IMG/VR virus record: IMGVR_UViG_3300012942_000051
Span: 1 to 59,590 of that record
Direction: 5' to 3' (one strand)
Source of the DNA: a virus
Lineage: Duplodnaviria > Caudoviricetes
Length of the DNA: 59,590 nucleotides
Part shown: positions 17,850-28,026 of the stretch, in pieces
Numbering within the stretch: position 1 is the stretch's first letter
Layout: each line of letters starts with the position of its first letter
The notes under the pieces: model-generated
Told to the model about the DNA's origin: nothing
Database searches by the model: none
The model's input: the letters and a program-made list of their open reading frames with translations, nothing else
Position numbers and translations under genes: made by a program

Positions 17850-18458
17850 ATGAAGATCGACCGCAAGCTTAATCTCGTCATCCCGATCGAACGGGGCGAC
17901 GAGACGACGCTCTGGATTCACTCGACACCTGTCCGAAAAGAAGTGTTCGAGCAGTACCATTTGGTTCTCGCAAAGACATTTTCTGCGTTCGCGCAGAACG
18001 GACTCGATCCAAGGTCAGCGCCGTCTGTTGCAGCACTGATCCTCAAAGGCATTGCGCAGAACACGCCGCGCGGCGACGCTACGTGGTGGGACGGAGAGGA
18101 TGGCGTCGGAGGCCCTGTCGGCCTACTCGCGGAAATCGTCCGTATGAGCAATTGCCTTGTGGGCACGCTCGAAGAAGGATGGCGCACCGTTCCGCTGCAA
18201 GACGCGTTGGACAAGAAACTCATTTCCGACGATGAAAAATCGGAGGTGATGAACCAGCTGGTTTTTTTTACGGTAGTCTCGCTGATTGCGCCACGGAAGG
18301 ATCGGCCTATTTTGGTGACGGGGGCAGCGGCGATTTATCAGCTGGAAGTTACGTCCTCAGCCTTTACGGAGTGGTCAGCTTCCTTGCAGACACAGATGCG
18401 CGACGAAGCTACTGGCAAGAAACGGAAAGCATCGTCGGATATTACCTCGGATGGCTGA
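17850..18458 (+). CDS. Tail assembly chaperone (G-like)
   Basis: Between tube and tape measure; contains a T8 slippery run at 18262-18269. Confidence 0.7.
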   Translation: MKIDRKLNLVIPIERGDETTLWIHSTPVRKEVFEQYHLVLAKTFSAFAQNGLDPRSAPSVAALILKGIAQNTPRGDATWWDGEDGVGGPVGLLAEIVRMSNCLVGTLEEGWRTVPLQDALDKKLISDDEKSEVMNQLVFFTVVSLIAPRKDRPILVTGAAAIYQLEVTSSAFTEWSASLQTQMRDEATGKKRKASSDITSDG

Positions 18459-18595
18459 TGGGCGAAGGATGGCGCTCTCTTTTCAAAAATAAAGGGGCAC
18501 CATGGGATGACTATCGATCTGCAGAGGATTTTCGTCAGCGTCACTTGACGGACGCCATGAAAGGACTCATAATCGCGACCTTGCGAAGGAGGTAA
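18371..18595 (+). CDS. Tail assembly chaperone, -1-frame extension (T-like)
   Basis: Overlaps the previous ORF in the -1 frame; that frame is open from 18269 and ends 4 nt before the tape measure start. Confidence 0.55.
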   Translation: MVSFLADTDARRSYWQETESIVGYYLGWLMGEGWRSLFKNKGAPWDDYRSAEDFRQRHLTDAMKGLIIATLRRR

Positions 18596-18599
18596 AACA

Positions 18600-20327
18600 G
18601 TGGCAGAGGCTGTCCTTCGTATTCCAGTCGACGATGCTGCGTTTAAGCGGTATATCGAGGCGTTTAAGCGCTATCAGACAGAGCTCCGTGCGCAGCCCGA
18701 TATGTGGTCGGGCGTCAACGAACAGATCTTAGAAGCGGTCAACGCCGGCGATGCGCTCGTTGAAAGTATCACGAGACAAGTCGACGCAGCAACGCGCCTC
18801 GGCACAGTTGAAGAACGTAACGCGCAACGTCGGCGTAGGGCAGCGCAAGACGAAGATGCCGACGAAGCGCGTGCAGCGAGCTGGCGCCGCAAAGCGTTGG
18901 ATCACGTCCAAGCATTGTCACGCTCGACGTCCAAGGTAACGCGGACGCTCAAGGTCGCTGGGCTACATCTTAGTAAAGGGTCGATTGGCGAGGCCGCTGG
19001 CGGGCTTATTGAAGGCATCGGCGGTGCGATCGGCGCAACCGTAGCCTTAGGCGGCGCCGCACTTGTTGGCGGTTACGAAGCCAACAAAGGCGTTGCCGGC
19101 AAAGGGCAGAAAGCAATCGGAATCGGCGCGAACGTCGGGCAGATGGAGGGCTTCCAAAACTACCTCGGCAAGTTCGCTGACACGACAAGCGGGATCGATG
19201 CAACTGCAAATGCGCTCGGCGATCCTGCCATGTGGGCATCCTTCGCCAAGCTGGGTGTCAGACAGCGCAAGGGCGAATCTACAGCCGAAGTCTATGCCGA
19301 TATCGTCAAGCGCTCGACGAAGATTGCAGAACAGGCGCTCGACAAGAACGGCAACATTCGTCTTGACTACGCCAGTGCCCACGGGGCGCTTGATTTCTTT
19401 ACGCCAGAAGAATTGCGTCGTCTGATCGCGCGCGATAAGGCTGGAAAGCTAGCAGGCGATATCTCGAACTCGCTTAGCAGCGAGAAGAACAATCCGCTCA
19501 ACAATATGGATGAAATCCAGAAGGCGACGGATACCGCACAAAAGGCAGACGTAGCATTAAGTCTCGCCGCCGATTCCGCGCAAGACGCTCTCGCCAAAAA
19601 GCTGCGTCCTGCAGTCATCGGTGCAGCAAATGCGCTTCTTGATCTTACAAACGGAATCGAGGGCCCAAGCGACGGTAGCGGAGGCTACAAGGGCTTGTTT
19701 CGCATCCGGCATCAGACACCGCAAGAAGCAGCGCAGTCGAAAGAATCATGGGGGCATTGGTTTAGTCGCGTTATGTCAACGCCGCTAATCTCGTTTCACC
19801 ACGCTGGCTCGATGGGCAGCGGAGGCGGCGGTGCTTTGGCAAATAACGACGGGCAACATTTGCTGCGCTACGCCGGGTTGTTGCAAAAAGCCGGCTTCAC
19901 GCGAGAACAGGCGCTTGGCATCGCAGCGGGATCGATGGCCGAGAGCCTTGGCGGCAACTCACACGCTATCAATAAGAAAAGCGGCGCCATCGGCCTCGGG
20001 CAGTGGCTTGGTGCTCGCAAACGTGCCTTGTATGCCATGGCTAAACGAGATCACGCTGACCCGTTAAGCTTTGATGAACAGTTTAAGTATTTGCTGTCAG
20101 AGCTAAAAGGTGGCGACGTGCGCGGGAGCCGGGCTATTCGCAACGCGAAGACCGTGGACGAGGCACTGCATGCTATGATCTACGACTTCGAGCGTCCTGC
20201 GGCTGGCAGGGAAACGACGAGCGATATCAGCCGCGGCCATGCCTATCTTGCAAAGGTCAATATCAGGCTCGACAACCATACCGGCGGATCGCCGACTGTG
20301 GTTGCTAACAGCGCAGCGAAAGGCTGA
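18600..20327 (+). CDS. Tape measure protein with C-terminal phage tail lysozyme domain
   Basis: Ala/Gly-rich helical body; AES, AIGLGQW and FERP motifs. Confidence 0.8.
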   Translation: MAEAVLRIPVDDAAFKRYIEAFKRYQTELRAQPDMWSGVNEQILEAVNAGDALVESITRQVDAATRLGTVEERNAQRRRRAAQDEDADEARAASWRRKALDHVQALSRSTSKVTRTLKVAGLHLSKGSIGEAAGGLIEGIGGAIGATVALGGAALVGGYEANKGVAGKGQKAIGIGANVGQMEGFQNYLGKFADTTSGIDATANALGDPAMWASFAKLGVRQRKGESTAEVYADIVKRSTKIAEQALDKNGNIRLDYASAHGALDFFTPEELRRLIARDKAGKLAGDISNSLSSEKNNPLNNMDEIQKATDTAQKADVALSLAADSAQDALAKKLRPAVIGAANALLDLTNGIEGPSDGSGGYKGLFRIRHQTPQEAAQSKESWGHWFSRVMSTPLISFHHAGSMGSGGGGALANNDGQHLLRYAGLLQKAGFTREQALGIAAGSMAESLGGNSHAINKKSGAIGLGQWLGARKRALYAMAKRDHADPLSFDEQFKYLLSELKGGDVRGSRAIRNAKTVDEALHAMIYDFERPAAGRETTSDISRGHAYLAKVNIRLDNHTGGSPTVVANSAAKG

Positions 20328-20330
20328 GCG

Positions 20331-21092
20331 GTGGCGTATTCGGATTTTCAACTCTCGTACCAAACATGCCCGATCGTGCTTATGGCAGGAATCGCTGGCT
20401 CCGGCGTGCTGCCTATCTCAACACTTCTAAACCCGATTGGTGGCTTTAGTGCATCTACGTCGGACGTCAGTGGCAGCAATCCGTTCGGAATTTCGTCCGG
20501 CGGGCAGAATACGAACAATGCAGCGTTTGGTTCTTTTCGCGTGCTGCCTGGCGGTACGCTAATGGATAACGAGATAGCGCATTTTCCGCTGGCTTCGCAA
20601 TCAGTCGCGGCTAACGCCGTCATCACGCAACCGCTAAAGGTCGCTGTCGAGATGGTAACGCCAGCCGGTGGCGACGTAACGCTAGCGCGTCGATTGTCCC
20701 TGTTTACGTCGCTAAAGAACGTGCTCGACAATCATACTGCGCTTGGCGGGTATTACAATGTGGCAACGCCGGCTTTCATCTACACCGGGTGTCTTCTCGT
20801 CGACCTCGTTGACGGATCAGACGTGCCCGATGGTGCACAGACGCAAGTAAAATGGATCTGGAACTTCGAGCAGCCGCTTATCACACTGACCCAAGCGCAA
20901 GCGACAGTCAACGATGCCATGAGCAAGCTAACTGGGAAAACATACAACGCTGGTTCGCCACCCGGCTCGAAGCCGCTGCTAACGTCGGCGTCGAATCCGC
21001 AGATCGGGCAGCAGGTAACGGCTAACGCCGATAATGCGGCAGCGGTAACGCAAGCGGTGCCAATCTCGCCTTCTACCGTGAGCTACGTATGA
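20331..21092 (+). CDS. Baseplate / tube initiator protein
   Basis: Synteny after the tape measure. Confidence 0.6.
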   Translation: MAYSDFQLSYQTCPIVLMAGIAGSGVLPISTLLNPIGGFSASTSDVSGSNPFGISSGGQNTNNAAFGSFRVLPGGTLMDNEIAHFPLASQSVAANAVITQPLKVAVEMVTPAGGDVTLARRLSLFTSLKNVLDNHTALGGYYNVATPAFIYTGCLLVDLVDGSDVPDGAQTQVKWIWNFEQPLITLTQAQATVNDAMSKLTGKTYNAGSPPGSKPLLTSASNPQIGQQVTANADNAAAVTQAVPISPSTVSYV

Positions 21093-21361
21093 CAACGTTA
21101 TTCCCGTTCGCGCCGAGCGTCTCTCAGAACTTCACATTCCAGCCGACGCTAGACGGCAAGACATATAACGCTATCGTCACCTGGTCGTTATTCGGGCAAC
21201 GCTGGATTGTCAACGTTTACGACTTGTCGGCGAACCTGATATTCGCGCGCCCGCTTCGTGCGAGCCCTGCAGATTCAGACATCAATATCGCGGCAGGCTA
21301 TTTTACCACGTCAACTTTAATCTACCGCGAGGGAACGAGGAACTTTGAGGTAGCACCGTAG
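21089..21361 (+). CDS. Small baseplate protein
   Basis: F.FQPTLDG..YN..VTW...GQRW motif; synteny. Confidence 0.65.
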   Translation: MTTLFPFAPSVSQNFTFQPTLDGKTYNAIVTWSLFGQRWIVNVYDLSANLIFARPLRASPADSDINIAAGYFTTSTLIYREGTRNFEVAP

Positions 21362-22425
21362 TGTCTCGTTGGTATCAGCTCACTGTAACGCCAACGTCCG
21401 ACACGGGCGAGGCGGCAACGCCTATCGTGTGGCAAAACAAGGTCGGCGGCAAAGCGTTGCTTAGCGCGCAAATGATCGAGTTTGACTTGACCACAGTCGC
21501 TGGCGCGTTGCCTGCTGCCGGATCGTGGATTCGTGTGTGGGGTCCGAGCAAAGAACAAATTCAGCAAGCTGCAAACTTCAACGGCGCGGCTATCGAGCTT
21601 TATGGCGGGATGCAGACCGGGTTGCCTCTTGCAACCAACGCCGCGCAGAAGAACCAAGGCGGGCTTCTCGTTAAAGGCATCGTGTGGCAGGCGTTTGGCA
21701 ATTGGCAAGGCATCACGCAAACGCTGGACTTCGTCATAGTGTCGGCGCCTTACGACACCCCGTTGCAAAGCGATGACGCCCGACAAGCCGCAACTGTAGG
21801 CGCGCCGCCGCCACCGCAAAACTTCTCGTTCAATTGGAAGCAAGGAACGAGCCTTATTGCGAACGTGACGGCAGTGCTGCAGCAGGCGTACCCGGGTGTT
21901 ACGGTAGACGTAAACGCTGCGACGAGCGGGCTAACATTGCTGCACGATGAAGCCAGTGTCTTTACAGACGTTCGGACGTTTGCGCTTTACGTCCAAGGAC
22001 TCTCGCGCGATCTCAAAGGGCCGACATACGCTGGGTTGAATATCGTTGGCGACAACGCCAAATTCACGATCTACGATAACACGGTGCCTGCAACCGACGT
22101 GATCGACGTTACGATGCTTGACCTTATGGGCAACGTGACATGGCTCGATGCTGCGACCGTTCAGTTCTCGACTGTGCTACGCGCGGACATCAAGATCGGC
22201 GACATTGTTACCTTTCCGCCGCTTGCACAAGCGCAGGCTATCACGTCGGCATCAAGTCAATCGAACGCGCGAACCAAGACCACTTTTGACGGACAGTGGC
22301 AGATCAATAATTACGTCCGTCATGTCGGCAATAGCCGTGCACCAGATGCGCAGAGCTGGGTATCGATCTTCGAGGCATCGCCGTTGGTCGCAGATTTTGA
22401 GGGGGAAGCGCCAGATGGCCAATAA
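21361..22425 (+). CDS. Baseplate hub protein
   Basis: 354 aa; C-terminal VRHVGNSR....W motif; synteny. Confidence 0.7.
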   Translation: MSRWYQLTVTPTSDTGEAATPIVWQNKVGGKALLSAQMIEFDLTTVAGALPAAGSWIRVWGPSKEQIQQAANFNGAAIELYGGMQTGLPLATNAAQKNQGGLLVKGIVWQAFGNWQGITQTLDFVIVSAPYDTPLQSDDARQAATVGAPPPPQNFSFNWKQGTSLIANVTAVLQQAYPGVTVDVNAATSGLTLLHDEASVFTDVRTFALYVQGLSRDLKGPTYAGLNIVGDNAKFTIYDNTVPATDVIDVTMLDLMGNVTWLDAATVQFSTVLRADIKIGDIVTFPPLAQAQAITSASSQSNARTKTTFDGQWQINNYVRHVGNSRAPDAQSWVSIFEASPLVADFEGEAPDGQ

Positions 22426-22975
22426 CGACCAAAAGACGCCTCTTGCGAAAAGCTTAAACCGCATCGGGGATCGCCGCGCGGCAGATGCTGTGGCAGCACT
22501 TGGGCGCGGGCTCCCGTGCACCGTGCTCGAGGTCGTTTCGCCTGGTGTCGTTCTTGTTAACTTCGAGGTCGAGCCCGTGCCGTTCGCCTTGCCTCAGGTC
22601 AAGATGCCTGTGTGCAAGCATCCATCCGTTCAATACCCGATCAAGGCAGGCGACCCCGGCGTCGCACTGTCCGCTGATTTGCGCACGGGGGCGCTCACAG
22701 GGCTAGGCGGCGGCAAGGCGCGGCTGACAGACACTGTGGGCACCCTCGCCGCGATGACGTTTTTCTGGCTTGGTTCGCTAAGCGAGCAAGCGCTCGATCC
22801 AGAGGCGTTGTGCTTAAATAGTAATATGGCTGTGACGCCAGACGCGCTCGGGTTCTTCGGCACGTCTAAGACGTCAAAGCAGCACGTCGCTGCAGAAGCA
22901 ACAGACCTTGGCAGCGTCATAGCATTGGCAAATTCAATCCGAGCGGCGTTGATCGCCTACGGTCTCGCGGAGTAA
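22415..22975 (+). CDS. Baseplate spike (gpV / gp45-like)
   Basis: OB-fold-like LPCTVLEV and YPIKAGD.G motifs. Confidence 0.7.
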   Translation: MANNDQKTPLAKSLNRIGDRRAADAVAALGRGLPCTVLEVVSPGVVLVNFEVEPVPFALPQVKMPVCKHPSVQYPIKAGDPGVALSADLRTGALTGLGGGKARLTDTVGTLAAMTFFWLGSLSEQALDPEALCLNSNMAVTPDALGFFGTSKTSKQHVAAEATDLGSVIALANSIRAALIAYGLAE

Positions 22976-22979
22976 AAAG

Positions 22980-23402
22980 ATGCGCACTTGGGGCCGCATT
23001 CCAAATGCCAAGCTCTCGATCTACTCGAGCGCGATCGGCGAGTTCATTATCGGGCAGTCGGCTATCGGCGGCAGCGATATCAACGACTACGTTTGGGTCG
23101 AAGTCGATACCGACGAAGCGGGCAACAATGATGCTGTTTGGTTAACGACCCTGATCCAAGTATTGAAGCTGAATTACGGAGAAAGCCCGATCTACGGCAA
23201 TTATGGCATTCCAGCGCAAACTAGTGTTATGAGCCAAGTCTTGCCTGATTATTACGCCACGCTTGCGCAGCAGCAGTTCTCGCAGTATTTCATCTCGCTA
23301 CACTTGTCGCGGCGCGCATTGACAGACAGCGCCTCGCCAACGTATGACGTGTCGATAGTGGCGAATCCCGGCAGCGTCCTGCCAAGCCCCGTTCCTGTGT
23401 GA
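22980..23402 (+). CDS. Baseplate wedge protein (gp25 / gp46-like)
   Basis: LKLNYGESPIYGNYGIP; precedes baseplate J. Confidence 0.65.
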   Translation: MRTWGRIPNAKLSIYSSAIGEFIIGQSAIGGSDINDYVWVEVDTDEAGNNDAVWLTTLIQVLKLNYGESPIYGNYGIPAQTSVMSQVLPDYYATLAQQQFSQYFISLHLSRRALTDSASPTYDVSIVANPGSVLPSPVPV

Positions 23403-23409
23403 GGCGCTA

Positions 23410-24846
23410 GTGGCTGATCCGACAGTCTCAATCGACATTGCCGTTACGCCGCAGGGCGCTCAGCAGACAGATCCGTTGACTTTATGGTCACGCCTTATTG
23501 CTCTCGTTTCGCAGATTAACCCGGGCTACACGGTTCTGCCGGCAGGCCTCATTGAAGACCTCGCAAGCACCGCTACCTACGCTATTGCGCTGATCGATTC
23601 CGCGGCGTGCGAGACAATCAACAGCCTTACGCCGCTCGGCGCTAATCCATACATTCTGACAGAGCTCGGTGCGCAATTCGGTATCCAACAAGGCTCAGCA
23701 ACGCGAACGTCTGTCTACGTTCAATTTTCAAGCCCAAGCATCGGGTATCGCATCCCGGTTGGTTTCTTAGTGACTGACGGCACGTATACCTATGCCGTTC
23801 AAGACGGCGCCGTTATCAACGAGAGCGGCACATCGGATCTAACGTTCTGCCTTGCTACGCAAAGTGGATCTTGGGCGATTCCAGCAGGGGCAGTCAATCA
23901 GCTCGCAAGCTCGGTTCCGACAGGCTATACGCTGACAGTAACGAACCCACAAGTCGGCACGCCCGGTGCAGGCGAACAGACGGAGGCACAATACGCAGCG
24001 CTTGTTCTCGCCGCCCAAAAACTTGTGGCACAAGGAACGCAGAGCAAAGCCAAAACGCTTCTGACGAACGTGCCTGGCGTGCAGCCGCGACTTGTTTCGA
24101 TCCAGCAAACCGAAGCCGCGTGGAAGATTATCTGCGGTGGCGGTGATCCTTATGCCGTCGCAAATGCAATATACGGCAGCGGCGTCGATATCTCGACCCT
24201 TGAAGGATCGACGATTAACGTCACCGGCGTAACTCTCGCAAACCCGGGCGTCGTTACGACGGACATCAATCACGGCTATACGACAGGAACGACGGGCGTT
24301 TACATCAACGGGGTAGTTGGCACAATCGGAATCAACGGCGGCCCTTATACCGTCACGGTAATTGACGAGAAAAGCTTTTCTGTCGGCGTCGATACTAGCG
24401 GCATGGGCGAATATGTATCTGGCGGCGTTGTCACGCCGAATACTCGCAATATCTCGGTCTCCCTTTTCGACGCACCGGACACCTACGTTGTGCCCTTTGT
24501 CAACCCGCCAGCGCAGACTGTCTCGCTTCAGCTTAGCTGGGGCTCGATCTCGCCGAACTTCATCAGCGCATCTGCGTTTGCACAATACGGCGTGCCGGCA
24601 GTCGTCAACTATGTAAACAGCATCGCGGTCGGCCAACCGCTCAACCTTCTCGCGCTCAATCAGGCGCTGACCGCCGCCGTTGTTAATCTATTTGGCGGCG
24701 ACGCTTCGCTCATCTCAGAGCTTGCGTGGACGATCAGCATTAACGGCGTCGAGACTTCGCCAACCGGCGATACGTCGCTCGTTTACGGCGATCCAGAATC
24801 ATATTTCAGTTGCACGTCTGCAGACGTTATCTTCACGGAGGTTTAA
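23410..24846 (+). CDS. Baseplate J-like protein
   Basis: 478 aa; IPVGFLVTDG, GSWAIPAG.VNQL and VTNP..G..G motifs. Confidence 0.85.
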   Translation: MADPTVSIDIAVTPQGAQQTDPLTLWSRLIALVSQINPGYTVLPAGLIEDLASTATYAIALIDSAACETINSLTPLGANPYILTELGAQFGIQQGSATRTSVYVQFSSPSIGYRIPVGFLVTDGTYTYAVQDGAVINESGTSDLTFCLATQSGSWAIPAGAVNQLASSVPTGYTLTVTNPQVGTPGAGEQTEAQYAALVLAAQKLVAQGTQSKAKTLLTNVPGVQPRLVSIQQTEAAWKIICGGGDPYAVANAIYGSGVDISTLEGSTINVTGVTLANPGVVTTDINHGYTTGTTGVYINGVVGTIGINGGPYTVTVIDEKSFSVGVDTSGMGEYVSGGVVTPNTRNISVSLFDAPDTYVVPFVNPPAQTVSLQLSWGSISPNFISASAFAQYGVPAVVNYVNSIAVGQPLNLLALNQALTAAVVNLFGGDASLISELAWTISINGVETSPTGDTSLVYGDPESYFSCTSADVIFTEV

Positions 24847-24849
24847 GCC

Positions 24850-25509
24850 ATGGCCGCGCTGACTGACGTGCCGTGGCCTGTAAGCGGACCTTCGTCGGTA
24901 ACGAAGACGATCCCGGCTTACCCTTACGTTCAATACCAAGACGATGACAACGTTACCGCGTTCTTCGACGCCTTCAACATTTATGCCCAAGCTTACGTTG
25001 ATTGGTTTAACGCGCTAGATCTGCCAATCTATACGAAAGCTCCTGTCCAAGGCACCCTGCTCGATTGGGTAGCACAAGGGCTTTACGGCATCGCGCGACC
25101 AGGCTTGCCCACAAGCGTTGGTTCGATCGAGCGCGGTGCCGTCAACACGTTTACGCCGAACGAGATCCCGGTCAACGGCATGATCGCCGGCACGCCTGAT
25201 TCTTATATCTCTGTTAGCGACGATTTCTTTCGCCGCATCTTGACATGGCGGCTTTACAAAGGCGACGGGCCTTTTACGTCGATTCCTTGGCTCAAGCGGC
25301 GTATCAATCGTTTCCTAAACGGCATGAACGGCACCGACGTTACCGACCAAACGACTTACGGTGTCAGCATCACGTCTACAGGCCCGCGCGAATGGACGAT
25401 CACCTTGCCGACTTCGACGGCCGCTTCTATCTTTAAGTTCGGCGTGCAAGCGAACGTGCTCGAGCTTCCTTTCCAGGCAGCTTGGACGGTGACGTTGGTT
25501 GATCCGTAA
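24850..25509 (+). CDS. Baseplate wedge protein (DUF2612-like)
   Basis: G.LLDWVAQGLYGIARP and SDDFFRRIL motifs. Confidence 0.75.
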   Translation: MAALTDVPWPVSGPSSVTKTIPAYPYVQYQDDDNVTAFFDAFNIYAQAYVDWFNALDLPIYTKAPVQGTLLDWVAQGLYGIARPGLPTSVGSIERGAVNTFTPNEIPVNGMIAGTPDSYISVSDDFFRRILTWRLYKGDGPFTSIPWLKRRINRFLNGMNGTDVTDQTTYGVSITSTGPREWTITLPTSTAASIFKFGVQANVLELPFQAAWTVTLVDP

Positions 25510-25603
25510 CTGATTTTCGTTATTGCGTTTCGCTATTTAGACTTCATTGTCAGGGCGCCGCGATCATGTTACGTAGTGCCCTGCACCCTAACGAGGCGTC
25601 GCA

Positions 25604-26701
25604 ATGAGCCTTTATCAGTTCACGAATAACGCCGAGACGACGCTTGGGTCAGCCTTGTCGCCGACTGCCACGACGATCACGGTCGCTACAGGTGCGGGCG
25701 CAAAATTTCCGACGCTAAGCGCAGGCCAGTTTTTCACTGCAACCCTGTGGGCAAGCGGTTCGACGACCGGGGTGCCGAACGAGATCGTTAAAGTGACAGC
25801 GCGCTCGGGCGACACGATGACGGTTGTCCGCGCGCAAGAAGGCACTACAGCCCAGCAATGGGAGGTCGGCGATACGTTCGCCAATTATCCGACTGCCGCC
25901 TTCTACAACGGCTTAATCGACCTGACGGCCATCCAGCAACAAGCGAGCAATTACGCAGTCGATTCTGGAACCGCCAACGCCGGCGTTATAGCGCTGAATC
26001 CTGCGGTCACGTCGCTAACTGCGCTCGTCGGCGTCCCGATCCGCGTCTTGAAACAGAACGCTGCGAACACCGGAGCCTATACGCTCAATGTCAACGGACT
26101 AGGCGCAAAAGCCGTCAACATTGGCGGCCTCGCATTTGTCGGCAAGGAGCTCGCCGGCAGCCGAATCTTCGAGGTCATCTATAACGGCACGACGTTCGAC
26201 CTGATCTCGGCTCCCGCGTTCATCAACACGCAGCAGATGGTTAACGATAGCGTAACAAATGCTATCTTGGCAGCAGTCGACGCGCAGACAATCAAGGGCA
26301 ACCTAACAGACGATGCAGCGCAGCCGTATGATATTCCGCTTTCCGAGCTTATCGAGCTGCTCGGCACGATCACAGGCGGCGCTGTAACAGCCGGCAATAC
26401 TAGTGTTCATTTTGCTATGCCTGTAACTGGGTTGCCTTCGCCTTTGATCTTTCAGGCTGGTAAAGTCATTAACGGAACCAGCAATCCTATTTTCTGTGCG
26501 TTTCCTATCGAGTTTACGACTGTAGTCCTTGGCTGCGGCGGTATTCCCTACACGAACGACGGAAGCGGATTCTCGGATCAAGACGGTTACATCGGCATTG
26601 CAGCTGGCGGGCCAACACTGAACTCGCTAACGTTTGCAGTCTCACGACGCGGTGGCGACGAGCATGTGGACGGCTGCTTCTGGTGGGCTATCGGCTACTA
26701 A
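25604..26701 (+). CDS. Tail fibre protein
   Basis: RAQEGT.A..W, NTGAYTLNVNGLGAK and a gp53-like C-terminus (LIFQAG...FP..F...WWAIGY). Confidence 0.8.
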   Translation: MSLYQFTNNAETTLGSALSPTATTITVATGAGAKFPTLSAGQFFTATLWASGSTTGVPNEIVKVTARSGDTMTVVRAQEGTTAQQWEVGDTFANYPTAAFYNGLIDLTAIQQQASNYAVDSGTANAGVIALNPAVTSLTALVGVPIRVLKQNAANTGAYTLNVNGLGAKAVNIGGLAFVGKELAGSRIFEVIYNGTTFDLISAPAFINTQQMVNDSVTNAILAAVDAQTIKGNLTDDAAQPYDIPLSELIELLGTITGGAVTAGNTSVHFAMPVTGLPSPLIFQAGKVINGTSNPIFCAFPIEFTTVVLGCGGIPYTNDGSGFSDQDGYIGIAAGGPTLNSLTFAVSRRGGDEHVDGCFWWAIGY

Positions 26702-26713
26702 GAAAGGATTAAC

Positions 26714-27007
26714 ATGGGCGTTATGCTACCAGGTTCATTCAAGCCGGCCGGATTCGTCACCATCGCGCTTGCAACTGATAATCCGTCGTCTATTGCGCCG
26801 CCTGCTGGCTGCTCGGGTGCCCTCATCCAAGCGAGCGGCGGTAATGTCGCCTGGCGAGATGACGGCGTTGCGCCGACGAGCGGATCTGGCGGCGGCATGC
26901 TTCTTATCGATGGCAATGATCCGTCGTGGTTCAGCGGCGATCTTACAGTCATCCAGTTTATCGCAGTCGGGGCCAGCACCGCGCTGCTTGTGGCGTACTA
27001 CGCATGA
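26714..27007 (+). CDS. Hypothetical virion protein
   Basis: AAGGA RBS; WRDDG.APT motif. Confidence 0.65.
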   Translation: MGVMLPGSFKPAGFVTIALATDNPSSIAPPAGCSGALIQASGGNVAWRDDGVAPTSGSGGGMLLIDGNDPSWFSGDLTVIQFIAVGASTALLVAYYA

Positions 27008-27372
27008 CGGTAAAAACTGCTCGTCACCTGGCGCCTGTCGATCACTCCGAGACAAGGCGCCTTGCGAAGATGGTCAACGAGATTAAACAAGCTGTAGACG
27101 CTCAGACTGAGCAGCTTGCATCTTTGACGACGGCAGTACAAGAACAAGCGGCGACCATCAAGCCGCTAGCAGACAATACGCCAGAATTGCTCGAGATGGT
27201 TCGGGCGTGGAAGGCTACGAAGGAGCTTGGCACTACAGCTCGGCAGTTTCAACGCTTGTTTTCGGCTTTGTCACGTTTCCTGCGGAATATCGGAGCCGTA
27301 GCAATCGCGGTCGTCGCGCTTTATCTGCTGTGGAAGGGCAAGTTCTTCGCAATGTTGGGACTTCCGGGATGA
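27004..27372 (+). CDS. Coiled-coil membrane protein (holin/antiholin-like)
   Basis: C-terminal TM IGAVAIAVVALYLLW; directly before the endolysin. Confidence 0.6.
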   Translation: MTVKTARHLAPVDHSETRRLAKMVNEIKQAVDAQTEQLASLTTAVQEQAATIKPLADNTPELLEMVRAWKATKELGTTARQFQRLFSALSRFLRNIGAVAIAVVALYLLWKGKFFAMLGLPG

Positions 27373-27836
27373 GCAAGCTTTTAACGCCCGCAGAACTGCA
27401 GGCTGTGTCCTACGTCGCGCAAGACCTTCCCAAGGACGAAGGCGACGTGCCGTATGTCTATCAGGACACCGAAGGTTACTGGACCATCGGCGTCGGCATT
27501 CTAGTCGACAAACGCAAGGGCGGCAAACTGTATCCCGAAGAAATCTATTTCATTCTCAATAATCGGATCAACAAAACCCTCGCCGGCGTTGTCAACGAGC
27601 CATGGTTTCATGCGGTCGCAGATGACGCTGTTCGTCTCGCTGCTATTCTCAATATGCAATTCCAGCTCGGGCCGCAAAGCGACGAAGAGTTCCACAACTC
27701 GTTTGCTTGCATCGAGAAAAAGGACTGGGCGGGCGCCGCAAAGAATCTCCGCGCTTCCCTGTGGGCAAAGCAAACGCCCGCCCGCGCCGAGCGCGTGATC
27801 CGCATGATTGAGACTGGGCTTCGGCCTGCAACGTAG
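27369..27836 (+). CDS. Endolysin, GH24 / T4-lysozyme family
   Basis: Catalytic E-x8-D-x5-T (EGDVPYVYQDTEGYWTIGVG); NMQFQLG and SLWAKQTP.RA.R motifs. Confidence 0.92.
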   Translation: MSKLLTPAELQAVSYVAQDLPKDEGDVPYVYQDTEGYWTIGVGILVDKRKGGKLYPEEIYFILNNRINKTLAGVVNEPWFHAVADDAVRLAAILNMQFQLGPQSDEEFHNSFACIEKKDWAGAAKNLRASLWAKQTPARAERVIRMIETGLRPAT

Positions 27837-27849
27837 GAGCAATGGGGCT

Positions 27850-28026
27850 ATGAACTACAAGAACCTGGTGGCGGCGTTCTCGCAACCGTCCACGTATAAT
27901 GGTCTCGCGAGCCTCTCGCTGCTGTTCGGCATCAGCGATTCTCAGTTCCAAGGCTATGCCTTGGCAATCGCCGGCGTTTTTTCGTTCGTCGGTATCGTTC
28001 TCAAGGAGGGAACAACCAATGCGTAA
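27850..28026 (+). CDS. Holin
   Basis: 58 aa with two hydrophobic segments (QPSTYNGL...); follows the endolysin. Confidence 0.65.
   Translation: MNYKNLVAAFSQPSTYNGLASLSLLFGISDSQFQGYALAIAGVFSFVGIVLKEGTTNA

Noticed and set aside
16575-17960. Long antisense ORFs (e.g. 461 aa here and 9798..10667)
   Set aside because: Shadow frames of strongly codon-biased, GC-rich structural genes.
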